Source of the DNA: Planctomycetales bacterium
GTDB taxonomy: Bacteria; 4484-113
Assembly: GCA_037441675.1 (NCBI GenBank)
Contig: JBBIRS010000008.1
Span: 1-64,000, forward strand
Direction: 5' to 3'
DNA length: 64,000 nt
Under the pieces are notes generated by a model. That model saw nothing but the letters and a program-made list of their open reading frames with translations, did not search any database and was not told where the DNA came from. Positions within the stretch are counted from its first letter, which is position 1, and every line of letters begins with the position of its first letter. Made by a program: the position numbers and the translations under genes. This document shows, in pieces, positions 38,401 through 48,560 of the stretch.

Positions 38401-38735
38401 TTGATGGTTTCTACATATTGGAGGACTTGCAGTTCGGGTACTTACCAGGTGCACTCTTTATGAGCTATGAGTCGTTTAACGGAACCACCTTTAAGTCTCC
38501 GCCTACCAACCCAGGCCGGCATGGGCAAGTGGCAGACTGGATTCGCATGGGTGGAACAGGTGGAATCGGAAATGTCTACGAACCCTATTCCTTTGCGGTC
38601 GGGGATGAAAGCATTATGTTCGCAGAATACCTTGGAGGTCGTAACCTCGCTGAATCCGCCTACAAGGGAATTATGGCAATCTCCTGGATGGAAGTAGTAG
38701 TTGGGGACCCTCTTACAACGGTAAATATTCAATAA
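35478..38735 (+). CDS. Large lipoprotein: cohesin-like, dockerin-like, 2x FN3, PKD and C-terminal TIGR03790-like domains
   Basis: Lipobox LYSCG; GDYNLDGAVSIAD and DGNGNGAIEIGD; PPSNF..SVSLAW..VVGY; WDFGDG; AVDSEL, YLVTRL, ESFNG, GNVYEPY, VVGDPL. Confidence 0.85.
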   Translation: MKMKRTLCLHKLLAVMLLFLISFHLYSCGNGGLKTVSTPSPIANQITAFSDSSEEELKLQAGNIAEPIDPLELGRELAVSTAGNPEFSLFLQDNRNNLIDNAPFRLEISITLTGDLSVGIVTTSDMEGLPSLLGYLRYASDKLHVEEVNWNEYVYSADEAILFSAIIPKHLALAVEPIGDVHLKPIEAGTRILEVIFSNSSENARKAVSLAPRGANNKVIPELNWIGGRLALNFEGRNMGDYNLDGAVSIADVSILAQRFHKRRTEPNWDARDNVVDGNGNGAIEIGDVKVIADNFFSRLSGYDIDFAFVPVDSPEPKAFERIVNTQDSSKPTVEFVIPPPTSGWPTFNFELPDRGFGTYYVKVIPVGKTLDDRGIESDVVSAERINIPPLPPSNFHFTSFTKNSVSLAWAVSSETDVVGYHIYFTDDPNADSLEELTKANSEIIPRFTTTFEVTNLTTNTTYYFFIASEDANGLLSEEARILATRISVEVLDLPPAPPANFRVSETTYTSVSLAWDESQESDVVGYNIYYTTVADAQLSQYQLANPSLIPVATIGFTLEPLTEFTTYYFVISAVDEGGHESLEPDILATRVQALTVVLPIAVAKILEKEQYGQIYEDYPLTFSAEDSYSPAGARLVEFTWDFGDGSPIETIPASGTAHHIYPAPSLGYNVTLTVKDEYGVESSTIIQTGTINQLTEQRILLVWNINSPNVDGVIKDYYGSPYTGRGIPAEFVLGLPLSMNEEISRSEYDNSIRMPIQDYLNNTIVQTPQGQRALRNVIHYIVTTKDVPLKISGANNAAVDSELTLLFETYDLANGIYNPFYGWESSDHFDKGNMAKSQRWQPFSFTAREPDWLPAFGWDGTDTATIDYLVTRLTAYTLEETLAMIDRSLNAYSGNEYYIILDDQFKDYDRMNDPPWPNIWPQDKSATTVLTNLGYHVYSDTTHQGDLITAAFLGDPSISNNVLGYCSHGVHSDFDGFYILEDLQFGYLPGALFMSYESFNGTTFKSPPTNPGRHGQVADWIRMGGTGGIGNVYEPYSFAVGDESIMFAEYLGGRNLAESAYKGIMAISWMEVVVGDPLTTVNIQ

Positions 38736-38797
38736 AGGTGCCGTCGCAAATCACTAATGAGTAGCCTACTGAGTCAACTGAATGAACCGAATGTCCT

Positions 38798-40879
38798 TCA
38801 ACTCAGGAACAACCGTATCGTCAGTATTGTAACTTGGTGCATAGTAGCATATATAAAGCACACGTCGTCCGCGCCTGCGGCAGCTATCGCCGGAGTTAAT
38901 CCTAGAGTAGTGGAATAAGTGGTGTTAGGCATAACTACTACTCGTTTAGACTGGCCTTGAAAGGGCAATCCGACTGCCTTGGAGGTTCCATACCAGCCGT
39001 ATCTGTTAAAGTCGTAGGCGCTCGGCAAGAGGACGTTTGAAATTCCCTTTTCAGACGATAGATAGGTATATCCTTCGAACTTAAACATAGGTATCCCAGA
39101 CTCTAGTAAGGTGGGTGGGCTCTAACTTCCGTATTGGTAGGAGACCGCGACTATGCTGTATTGCCAAGAATTCTCGTCAATTGGCGAAAAAACGAAAGTG
39201 GGAACTCCATCACCGTAGTAAAACATTGCATTTCCTCCTGCGAGGTTCTGGTCGTCAGGTTCTTGGGGATACAAAAATACCCACGGGCCGCTCTGCAGTT
39301 CGTAAAGCTCAAATACGAATGAGGAAGAAGAGAGTCGCCAAATACCATCCATCGTATACATCATAAGATTGCCAGACTGCCCGTCAACCATCAGCACCGC
39401 CTTCTCGCTAGCTTCTGACCAAACCTAGCTGTCGATGACTGGCATCTCAATTACTTAAGGGGAATACGGAGGGTAAACCGCTATGTATCCTTCCAGCTGT
39501 TAAGGTGGAAACTGCTCAAACTCGCTGTACTCCCGGTAAATCACTACACGAGGGTTGCAGTAGTGGTGGACTCTTCCACCAGTGCGATTGCTGGAAGATG
39601 AGTGACGGGATTCGTCGCCATCGAAATGCGTCCGACCGCATTATCCATTCCCGTTGACGTCAGGTGTTAGGTCGCTATGTTCTCGGTGATGACGTTCTGC
39701 TCTAACGTCTCGCGCAGGCGCGCGAAGTTGGGGACGAAAACCTCGTCTTCACGGGCGGTAGATGGAACGCCCCAGTAAAGTCTGTCGCTGGTCTGCTGTA
39801 ATAAGGTGCGAACTTGATCCACATCCCAATATGAGTGAAAGTTCTTGATAATTACGGCTGTCGCTGACACTATTGGCGTAGCGATGCTCGTTCCTGAACT
39901 ACTGGTGTAGCTTCCACCAGCTATAGTCGGCTTCAGGGTCTTTGCGCCAGCTGCCATATCCACCCAACTACCGTAGTTGGAGAAGAAAACCCGCCAATAA
40001 CTGGCTCCCTGACCATCAAACTTGTTTCCTCCTACGGAGATCACAAAGTCCCACGCCGACGGATAGACTCTTGCGTCGTCGTTCCAGTTATGTGCAGGAA
40101 CCACTGGCACGAGTCTGCAAATGGAAGAACCTTCGCTTTGAAGGCGATTACGGCAATTCCTTCGTTACCGGCTCTTGCGTTTAAGACCCCGATCACCTTT
40201 GTGCCATGACCATAATAATTCGTACCTCGCTCTTCCTCAGGATCCTTGTCCTCTATACCATTGGCACAGTCATAGTCTATTCCAGGGCTATCCTCTATGC
40301 CAATAAGCGAATACTGAGTTGAACCATCATCGTTGTTGAAATCGGTATGGGCCTTGTAGATACCCGTCTCAATGACCGCGACATAAGTGCGCTCTCCTTT
40401 ATAACGTTTATCCGTGGGTGAACCGCAAAACTCCTCATGCCCCGCGCATTTCCCGAACCAGCACTCCCCTTCCTTGTCTATGAAATACTCGGCTCCAGGG
40501 TCATACGCGGCGAGGTGGAGCCTAATGTCCGGTTCAACAGTTAGAACTTCGTCCTGAAAACGCTCCAAGATACTCAGTGCGGATTTATTACGAGCCTCTA
40601 AGGACGAAAAGTTCGTTTTCAGGAAGAGACAAACACCTTAGCACCAACACGCATTTATCCTCAATGCTCATATTCGCTATTTGCTGGATAAGCGGTGCCT
40701 ATGCACCAACAGTGATCACCATAGAGGTAGTACTGGGGTAAGAGATCCCCATTCTACCCCCTCTGCTGGCGTTCTAAGACGCAGGCTTAGAGCAAAACGA
40801 AGAAAGTAATAAAAGCATAATGCCAACGAAAAGGCAGGGTGTTAAACACCTTTGAAAACCCAGTTCTTCTGAATTCCAT
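38798..40879 (-). pseudogene. Fragmented secreted S8 peptidase gene
   Basis: GGAGG RBS and ATG 40879 with a frameshifted signal peptide; fragments VAVIETG, HGTKVIG, YPSAWDFVISVG, FSNYG, GTSIATP spread over several frames with stops. Confidence 0.8.
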
Positions 40880-40944
40880 TCTGACCCTCCTTGAGAGTCT
40901 TATGTCCAAAAGCAAAGAAATTATGCACCTAAATGAGTTTCTTC

Positions 40945-41161
40945 GCAACCGATCGCGGATTTCATCAAAATGAGATTGACCTGGGAAATGGGCGACTTAT
41001 ACGAAACTTATGCAGATGCAGTTGGAGATAAGAGTGCCATTTTTCCCGAGTATCTTGGCGTTAGGAATCTCGCGGAAGCACTTTATAAATGTCTTCGCTA
41101 TGCCTCATGGATGGAAGTAGTAGTGGGTGATCCTCTCCGCACGGTTAACGTAACGGGATAG
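40945..41161 (+). pseudogene. 3' remnant of a paralogous TIGR03790-like gene
   Basis: IADFIKM...LYETYADAVGDKSAIFPEYLGVRNLAEALYK...SWMEVVVGDPLRTVN aligns with the last ~70 aa of 35478-38735. Confidence 0.85.
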
Positions 41162-42162
41162 GTTTGTGGCAGTTCTTGGTAAGCTTGTAGCGCTTGAGCT
41201 TTTTCAAAACCCTTCAAATGCCTGTCAAAGAACTCAATCATCTTCGTAATCCACTTCACCGCATCTACTGGGTTCGCCAGGAAATCGCCGTGTTTTCCAC
41301 CTTTAACTTCAATCAGTTCCGCTTCGACGCGTGCATCTTTCAGTTTCTGGTAAAGCCTTCTGCTTTGGTCAATTGGCAAGAGAGGGTCATCTGTTCCGTG
41401 AATTATAAGAAATGGCGGGTCGCTTGAATCAACAAACGTTACAGGTGAAGCCATCTCCGCTACTTTTCTCACTCGAGATGGTTTATCACCTAAGAGCTCA
41501 GAGACTGGACCATTTCGTCTCGTTTTCAGCTTCTCACCAATCACAGTAAAGTCAGTAGGACCAAAGAAATCAACTACCGCCTGAACGTCACTTGAAACTC
41601 CCGTAACACCAATATCCCCCTCCAGCTCACTTACTCCAATTGATGTTCCAAGAAGTGCGGACAAGTGTCCTCCGGCAGAAGGCCCAAATACGCCTATGCG
41701 GTTTGGATCTCCGCCAAACTTCTGAGCGTTCTTTCTAATCCATCTTATAGCGGATTTGCAGTCATAAATCTGCGCCGGGAATTTAGCGGTATCGGTAAAG
41801 CGGTAGTTGATGGCAACGAGAATGTAGCCTGCGTTAGTAACCTGAGGCGCAAATTTCAGCGCGCCAATCTTATCTCCACTCCGCCAGCCTCCACCATGAA
41901 TATGCACTAGTATCGGTTTTAGCTCTCCTTGAGAATCCCTTGGCTCGTAAACATCCAACTTAAGTCTCTCGCCATTCACCACAGCGTAAACAATGTCTCT
42001 TGTAACTTTTAGATTCTTTAAGGAATGAACTAGCGGAGAGCGGCTTTGTATTTTGGGCGCCCCAGCACTCGGGTAAGCGCTGATAAGTAGGGTTGGCGCG
42101 GTTAAAATAACTGAGAAAGCTAAGAATCCTGAAATCATTCTTACTTCAGGAACCTCCAGCAA
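41098..42162 (-). CDS. Secreted alpha/beta hydrolase (HSL/BD-FAE-like esterase)
   Basis: HIHGGGW, GPSAGG, HGTDD, GGKH; start uncertain. Confidence 0.9.
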   Translation of the reverse strand: MLEVPEVRMISGFLAFSVILTAPTLLISAYPSAGAPKIQSRSPLVHSLKNLKVTRDIVYAVVNGERLKLDVYEPRDSQGELKPILVHIHGGGWRSGDKIGALKFAPQVTNAGYILVAINYRFTDTAKFPAQIYDCKSAIRWIRKNAQKFGGDPNRIGVFGPSAGGHLSALLGTSIGVSELEGDIGVTGVSSDVQAVVDFFGPTDFTVIGEKLKTRRNGPVSELLGDKPSRVRKVAEMASPVTFVDSSDPPFLIIHGTDDPLLPIDQSRRLYQKLKDARVEAELIEVKGGKHGDFLANPVDAVKWITKMIEFFDRHLKGFEKAQALQAYQELPQTYPVTLTVRRGSPTTTSIHEA

Positions 42163-42288
42163 CTTTTATACTGAAAATATCGCACATTATTAGACGGAAG
42201 GGTAAAGAAAAGAATTCAGGGAGAGAGAAACACGCGATGAAGCGCCCGAATTTGGGAATTAGAAAAGCCTGCGAGATTGCCTACGCTC

Positions 42289-42546
42289 TTAAAATCCTAC
42301 GCCACGCCCCATTCGTTTGCACTCATTGCACATAATGATGCAGTTATTCAAGTTTGGTGGCGCACCGGGCGATTTTTCTACCGCAAACCATCCACCTTCC
42401 GCGCTACTATTTTGCAAATGCCACTGGAGAACTTTATTGCATTTAGGACCATGACCGTGAACTGAGAAGCTACACTCGCATTTTCCGCCTGTCCTACGCC
42501 ATGCACCTTGAATTATCGCAGATGGAAATTTAGTAGTCTTAAGCAT
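42289..42546 (-). CDS. Small Cys-rich HNH-like protein, apparently lacking the catalytic His
   Basis: AWRRTGGKCEC...C...NNCIIMCNEC; GAGGA RBS. Confidence 0.65.
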   Translation of the reverse strand: MLKTTKFPSAIIQGAWRRTGGKCECSFSVHGHGPKCNKVLQWHLQNSSAEGGWFAVEKSPGAPPNLNNCIIMCNECKRMGRGVGF

Positions 42547-42809
42547 TTTTCATATCCTCTTTGCTAAGTGATATCTAATGATAGCGCAAATAGAACAAGA
42601 ATGAGAAAAATTATTTCTTGAAAATAATTGTCCAGCGGATGTGTTTGCGGAAATGCTCGGACTAAAAGTAGAGTCGTTAGCAGATTTTTCTAAAATTTTG
42701 AGGCGAAAAAAATTCAAAAATTTTTTTCTCCAGACTGAACAATTTTCCTATTTTTAGGGTCTATATATATACCCCCCAATCCCCTCATTCCCTCAACCTC
42801 CTTGTGAGA

Positions 42810-42839
42810 CAAGGGGGAGCTGACCCCCGCTCCCCCTTG
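42810..42839. repeat. Perfect 11-bp GC-rich hairpin
   Basis: CAAGGGGGAGC-N8-GCTCCCCCTTG. Confidence 0.7.
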
Positions 42840-42881
42840 CACATTTTGGCTATAGATAGCCATTTCAGCTAAGATAATCGT

Positions 42882-44141
42882 GTGCATCCGCATTCTCCTA
42901 AAAAACACCTGCCAGAGGATAGCATCCACCAAGAATGGAGCCCTTCAGCATCTACGGTTGAATGGTTAAACGAAAGATTCAGAAGAAAAAGCGATGGTTA
43001 TTATTATGCCCATCAGCCCATATATGGATTTGGTTCACCTCATTCGGAGCCAGGTCATATCCGCAGGCTTGCCCGCACCGTAAATATACTTAATATTCTT
43101 TCGCACCTTAATTTTGAAACATTCTTAGACGTTGGCGCGGGTGAGGGATATTTGTCATTTCTTATTCAGCATCTTTTGGGAGCAAAGGGCGTTGCCCTGG
43201 AGGTTTCAGAAGAAGCATGCCATCGTGCTCAAGAATTTTTTGCTTTACCTTGCGTCGTAGGCGATGCCCATAACATTCCATTCGCGGATAATTCCTTTGA
43301 TCTGGTTGTCGCAAGCGAGGTTCTTGAGCATGTTCAAATGCCGGAGATTGTCGCTAGCGAACTTATTAGAGTGGCGAGAAAGTACATTTTATTCACCACT
43401 GAAGAATTTTGTTTGAAGGAAGATAAACAGAAATTCTTACTACGATTGCGAGACTTGGAGAAACCCCATACAGAGCTAAATTACTTTTGCCTAAGAGATA
43501 TTGAGGAAATGTTCGGGGAGAACTTGTATCTACAATCGCAGTTTTTGTCATTTCTTCCACGCGATGAAGCGAGTATGAAGATAAGCGAAGCAGAAGTTCT
43601 GATAAGAAGGATTTCAAAAGTGAACAAGTTGCACCAAAGGGGGGTGGGTATAATTGGGCTGAAGGTAAAAGGAGAACCGTACACTCAATTTAATAAGGAA
43701 GAATCTCCTAAGATTAGCCAGTGGCTAAAGACGTTAATTCTACCAATTGTTGAGTCTCCATATCAGTCGCCCAATGAAAAGAGAATTTACTGGGATGATA
43801 CACTTCCACGTCCTGTTTGTAGAGTAGAAGGTTGTTTCAATTTTGGTCAAAGCATAGGGACTTGCTCTCACTTAGCCCTTGTTGATGAAGCTTTATATCG
43901 TTACACGGATAATAATCAGCGTGAGTCTGCCGTTAGAGATCGCCCTGAGTGGGCACTCAAATTTGAAATTACTAATATTTCTGTGGATGAGGAGAGAAGG
44001 AGATTGAGCAAGAAATACAGATGGGAACAATTCGCTTCGCTTTTATTGACTGTAGATCCCTGGTATTACAAGCTCGCCTGGTTTTTATCTCGTGCCTTGA
44101 AACGCCTAAAGAGAATCCAACTGAACCTAAAGGCTTACTAG
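42882..44141 (+). CDS. Class I SAM-dependent methyltransferase
   Basis: FLDVGAGEG, GDAHNIPFADNSFDLV, EVLEH. Confidence 0.85.
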   Translation: MHPHSPKKHLPEDSIHQEWSPSASTVEWLNERFRRKSDGYYYAHQPIYGFGSPHSEPGHIRRLARTVNILNILSHLNFETFLDVGAGEGYLSFLIQHLLGAKGVALEVSEEACHRAQEFFALPCVVGDAHNIPFADNSFDLVVASEVLEHVQMPEIVASELIRVARKYILFTTEEFCLKEDKQKFLLRLRDLEKPHTELNYFCLRDIEEMFGENLYLQSQFLSFLPRDEASMKISEAEVLIRRISKVNKLHQRGVGIIGLKVKGEPYTQFNKEESPKISQWLKTLILPIVESPYQSPNEKRIYWDDTLPRPVCRVEGCFNFGQSIGTCSHLALVDEALYRYTDNNQRESAVRDRPEWALKFEITNISVDEERRRLSKKYRWEQFASLLLTVDPWYYKLAWFLSRALKRLKRIQLNLKAY

Positions 44142-44207
44142 TGCGTCCCAATTTGTGGAAATTTAACTCAAGTTAGGTTAATCTAATTGACGGAGGAACA
44201 AGTAAAG

Positions 44208-45242
44208 ATGGAGCAAAATCCAACGAGCCATTCAAGGGGTAACAGAGAAGCAATCTGGCGAACGGCAAGCATTATCTTTTGGACATCTGCCCTTTTCGTC
44301 CCTTTGATTCTAGTAACCTTCTCGTGTGTAAAGCTTAAATCAGGCAATGGCGAAAGTGGCGAGTGGGCATCTAATAAATCAGAATATATGGCGCGAGGAG
44401 TTAGGGTAGAGGAAGTCTCCACCCTGACTGAAATGCCTAGGGAAAGCCCAACTGCTCCAACAGCTGGTTCTGCCGGCGATAGCGCAATTAGAACTTCGTC
44501 TAGCGTATTTAGCGCGCCTGCATACGCTCAGGAGGCTAAACCTAAAATAATTTACACGGGCACTGTTGAACTAAAAGTGAGTAACCTACCCGATTCAGCT
44601 GAGGCAGTCCTAGAGATGTTGCCTCGTTTTCAAGGTTACTTGAGCGAGCGAAACGATAGCACTACTGGAACTTTTCAGTTTGTAACTTTGACTGTGCGGA
44701 TTGATAGTGCTAGGCTAAACGGCTTTCTTGATGAGGTGAAAAAGCTTGGAGAAGTGCTAAAGTTTAGCCTGGCTGGACAGGAAGTAACCGAGGAATATAT
44801 GGACTTGGAGGCGAGGCTTAAACAGCTTAGGCTTTCCGAAGAAAGATTGCTCGAAATAATGCGAAAGTCGGGCAAGTTGACGGAACTTCTTGAGGTTGAG
44901 CGAGAACTGACGAATAAACAAATTGAGATTGAAAGGATTATGGGCAGACTTAGATATTTGGATGACCGAATTAGTTATTCCACTGTGACTATCACACTTT
45001 CCACGGAAACTCCGCCTGTTCAAATTGCAGGCTTTAATTGGGGCTTTGGAGATACTTTCAAATCTGCTTATGTTTCATTAAAGACTTTTGTTCGCGGATT
45101 CCTAAAAGGTGTAATCTGGATTTTGGTTTACAGCCCTATTTGGGTTGCGATACTCGTGATAATTTGGCTCCTATACTTAGTTGGAAGAAAAATTGTGACA
45201 GCACAAACAAATCTGCAAAAGAAGATAATCGCATCCCCTTAA
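44208..45242 (+). CDS. DUF4349 domain protein
   Basis: IIYTGTVEL, EVTEEYMDLEARL, IERIMGRLRYL..RISYSTVTITL; C-terminal TM. Confidence 0.88.
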   Translation: MEQNPTSHSRGNREAIWRTASIIFWTSALFVPLILVTFSCVKLKSGNGESGEWASNKSEYMARGVRVEEVSTLTEMPRESPTAPTAGSAGDSAIRTSSSVFSAPAYAQEAKPKIIYTGTVELKVSNLPDSAEAVLEMLPRFQGYLSERNDSTTGTFQFVTLTVRIDSARLNGFLDEVKKLGEVLKFSLAGQEVTEEYMDLEARLKQLRLSEERLLEIMRKSGKLTELLEVERELTNKQIEIERIMGRLRYLDDRISYSTVTITLSTETPPVQIAGFNWGFGDTFKSAYVSLKTFVRGFLKGVIWILVYSPIWVAILVIIWLLYLVGRKIVTAQTNLQKKIIASP

Positions 45243-45286
45243 AGGAAAAATGATTTTTCTGTAATAAGAATGTGACACTCAACACT

Positions 45287-46723
45287 TTACGAGTGGTTTA
45301 AGGTGCTTGGCGCGTTTGAATTACCGAGATTTGTAAGCAAAAATAGCGCTGAGAGTGAAGAAAGCATTGCGCCAACAAATATTGCCCAGTCAATACCTAT
45401 CACACTTCCCAGCCACCCAATGAATAAAGTTCCAATGGGATAGAAGCCAACAAACAATTGTGAATACGTTCCCATAACACGTCCGCGAAGATGATCTGGA
45501 ACTTTCAACTGAATAATTGAATTCGTGCTAGCGAATGCCCATGAAAAGCCAAATCCTGAAAAGGCGAGAAGAAGATAAGCAAGTGGAATACTTCTAGTAA
45601 AGGCAAAAATCAAAATTGAGCCGAGATTGAAGACGTAACCTACTCGAAGAGTTATACTTTGCGCGCTCCTTTGAGATAGCGCTGCAAGGGAGACTGCTCC
45701 GATTACTGCTCCAATTCCAAAGCAGGTGAACATAAATCCAAACTCGGAAGCATTTGCTAGTAGCTTGTATCTCGCGAAGGCAGGTAGAAGAGCAATCATT
45801 GGTGAGGCAAAGAGGCTTGCAATTCCAGCCATAATAGTGATTCGCCTAAGCCCTGGAGTAGTCGCAAGATAGGTTCCGCCCGCTACCAATCTCTTGATTG
45901 CGCTTCCACGATCCTCATCTGCACTCTCAGGTCTAAACTCTCCCCGCATAAGCAAAATGGCGATGATAATCGGAATGAAAGAAATAGCATTGAGGAAGAA
46001 TGCGTCAGCGACTGAAAAGTTCAGCGCAAGCATTATCCCCGTCACTGCTGGACCAATAATCCGTGCGCCATTGAATACCCCAGAGTTTATGGCGATGGCG
46101 TTAGGCAGGTCGTCTTTACCCACCATATGAATGATAAGACCCTGCCTTGCGGGAATATCAAGAGCCATTACAAACCCAAGGTAAAGTGAGAGAATAATCA
46201 ACAGAGGAATATTTATAATACGTTCATAAGTCAGTAGAGCTAGAAGAAAAGCCTGTATCGCCATTAAAACCTGCGTGAGAATTAGAACTTTTCTTCGGTC
46301 AAAAAGGTCTGAGATAATTCCAAGAAAACCGGCAAGGAACAAAACCGGAAGCGTGCTCATAGCAGTCACGAGCCCCACATACCAACTCGTTAATGCCTCT
46401 ACTCTTGAGGTGGAGGCATAACCCAGAACAAGCTCTGTCACAAGCCATCCTTGGGCAGTTCTCTGCATCCAGGTGCCTATGAGGGAGAGAACCTGGCCAA
46501 GCCAATAGAGGCGATAATTCCTGTGCCTGAGCGCGGAGAAGGCTTGCGGTATAAAATGCCAGTAGCCTGCCTCAGGAGTGCGCGGGGATGTTTCAGGAAT
46601 TAATTCACTCCATAACTGTTTCGCATCCGGATTGAGCGATGTTGAGTGTGATTGTGATTGGGCAGAGACAACATCTGAACACTCTTGAGTAGATGAACAA
46701 TCGCTGGTGGTGTGTGTTTCCAT
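45287..46723 (-). CDS. MFS transporter
   Basis: ALRHRNYRLYW.GQ..S.IGTWMQ, SDLFDRR, LRGRVM; about 12 TM helices. Confidence 0.92.
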   Translation of the reverse strand: METHTTSDCSSTQECSDVVSAQSQSHSTSLNPDAKQLWSELIPETSPRTPEAGYWHFIPQAFSALRHRNYRLYWLGQVLSLIGTWMQRTAQGWLVTELVLGYASTSRVEALTSWYVGLVTAMSTLPVLFLAGFLGIISDLFDRRKVLILTQVLMAIQAFLLALLTYERIINIPLLIILSLYLGFVMALDIPARQGLIIHMVGKDDLPNAIAINSGVFNGARIIGPAVTGIMLALNFSVADAFFLNAISFIPIIIAILLMRGEFRPESADEDRGSAIKRLVAGGTYLATTPGLRRITIMAGIASLFASPMIALLPAFARYKLLANASEFGFMFTCFGIGAVIGAVSLAALSQRSAQSITLRVGYVFNLGSILIFAFTRSIPLAYLLLAFSGFGFSWAFASTNSIIQLKVPDHLRGRVMGTYSQLFVGFYPIGTLFIGWLGSVIGIDWAIFVGAMLSSLSALFLLTNLGNSNAPSTLNHS

Positions 46724-46846
46724 CTAAAACTATTATTTCTACCACATTGTATCATTCCCTTGAAAGATTCCAAGAGGAATAATGCTATATCAGTTGAAAA
46801 ATTACGAAATTTCGGTTTTCTTTACCCGCCCAAAAGGGTTGAGGAT

Positions 46847-46988
46847 ACGGTGGGGGCAAGCCCTCCACCCTACAGTTCGCAATAGAGCACGGCGGGGTGC
46901 AAGTCCCCACCATGCAGTCTTTTAACACGGGAGCCTACGGCGTTTGCCCCGTGGTGAAGGGCACGGGCGAGGACGGGCGTGATCCAAA
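46847..46988. repeat. REP-like mosaic cluster 1 (units A, A, B)
   Basis: ACGGTGGGGGCAAGCCCTCCACCCTACA, ACGGCGGGGTGCAAGTCCCCACCATGCA, GCACGGGCGAGGACGGGCGTGATCCAAA. Confidence 0.75.
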
Positions 46989-47012
46989 TGCGGGGGTTAG
47001 CTTTGAAGCTAG

Positions 47013-47438
47013 CTAACTTAAATGTGCAGATATTTGCTCTTTCGCCTTGGCAAGCATTTCTGTCTCCGCTTTTGGGGGAAGTTTACCGCCCAACACCTCG
47101 TAGCCATCGCCTTCAAAGTTTGGAAAGATGTGGATGTGGAGATGAGGGATGACCTGCCCACTGGCACGCTCATTGCTCTGCCAAATGAGCACGCCATCAA
47201 CGGAAAAGCATTTCTTCACAGCATCCGCAATCCTTCTCGCAAGGTTAAAAATGTGCGACGTAGTAGAAGCGTCCGCCTCGTAAATCGTCCTAATATGTGC
47301 TTTGGGAATGACTAGAACGTGCCCTACCGCTTCTTCAGGCTGGGTTAAATCCATAAAGGCAAGAGCACTCTCATCCTCATAGACTTTTTCCGATGGTATC
47401 TCGCCTGATATAATTTTGCAGAAAATACATTCCTCCAT
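47013..47438 (-). CDS. HIT family protein
   Basis: CIFCKI, GHVLVIPK, HLHIH triad. Confidence 0.95.
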   Translation of the reverse strand: MEECIFCKIISGEIPSEKVYEDESALAFMDLTQPEEAVGHVLVIPKAHIRTIYEADASTTSHIFNLARRIADAVKKCFSVDGVLIWQSNERASGQVIPHLHIHIFPNFEGDGYEVLGGKLPPKAETEMLAKAKEQISAHLS

Positions 47439-47542
47439 AGAAATAATTTTATCTCAACCTAGTGAAAGTCATAATTTCCGAGATAAGCAAGTGATAGGCA
47501 TTAAATTGAGAGACTAGTAAGAGTATAAGTTTTAAGCACTAA

Positions 47543-48531
47543 CTAATGTGCCGGGAGACGTAAAATATCGCCACATTTCACCTTTCTTCCTGTGAGGAAC
47601 TCTTTTGCGCTCATAACACGCCTGTTCGCAGGCTGAACCTCCAAGACTTCAATAAAGCCAGCACCACAGGCTACGATAAAGCTTTCTCTAAGAATTTCTA
47701 CAACTTCACCGGGTTGAGACTCTCTTTTCTCCAATAGCTGATCATCTACCATAACGTGCGCGCGAAAGAGCTTTAAATTTGTTCCATCGGGGAGCATACA
47801 TACAGCTCCCATATCAGGAGAGAATGCCCTAATCTTGTTTACGACATCTTGTGCAGATTGAGAAAAATCAATAAACGTATCCTCATATGAAATGAGTTTG
47901 GTGAATGTAGCTTTAGAATGGTCTTGGGGAGTGAGAGTAACTCTGTCATTAAGTATTAATTTTAAGCCTTCAGCCACCACATCAACCGCTAGGTTAGCTA
48001 GGCGTTTTCTGAGGATGGAGAAGTTATCATCTTGGTAGACCTCTGCTTCTTTGAGGAGAAGGATATCGCCTGCGTCCATCTCCTGAACCATTTTGAAGAG
48101 AGTAACAGCGGTTCTTTGCATTCCGAGCATCAGAGTTGTTCTTATTGGGCTTGGCCCCCTGAGAAGTGGAAGGGGACTTGGATGCACACACAGCGGGTAT
48201 TTCACTAGCTCAAGAAACTCATTTGGAATTATACGCCCGAAGGAGTTCGCTATGAAAATATCAGGCTTAATTTTCTCAACTCTTGAAAGAAGCTCACGAT
48301 TACCCTTCAAGTTGTCAATTTCAGCTGATTCTATCTCAGGGAAATTCTTGCTTAACCATGTTGCAATTTCCGTAGGGGTGAGCTTAAGGCTTCTTCCTGC
48401 AGGCTTTGGAGAGCGGGTTACTACTAGCTTTACATCAGTGAGTTCACATTTAATCAAAAATTCCAAGACTGGAATAGCGAAAGCGGTTGATGCCCAGTAA
48501 ATGACCCTACAAGGTGGAATTTGTCCCCCAA
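47543..48531 (-). CDS. fmt: Methionyl-tRNA formyltransferase (start unresolved; possible frameshift near 5' end)
   Basis: RVIYWASTAFA (upstream of the tracked start), VHPSPLPLLRGPSPI, MDAGDI, VLEVQPAN. Confidence 0.88.
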
Positions 48532-48560
48532 CGCTATTTTCTTTTACCCCCTTGAATGTG

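Noticed and set aside
38520..41161. Diversity-generating retroelement VR/TR pair
   Set aside because: Differences are not adenine-specific and are largely synonymous; no reverse transcriptase in the window
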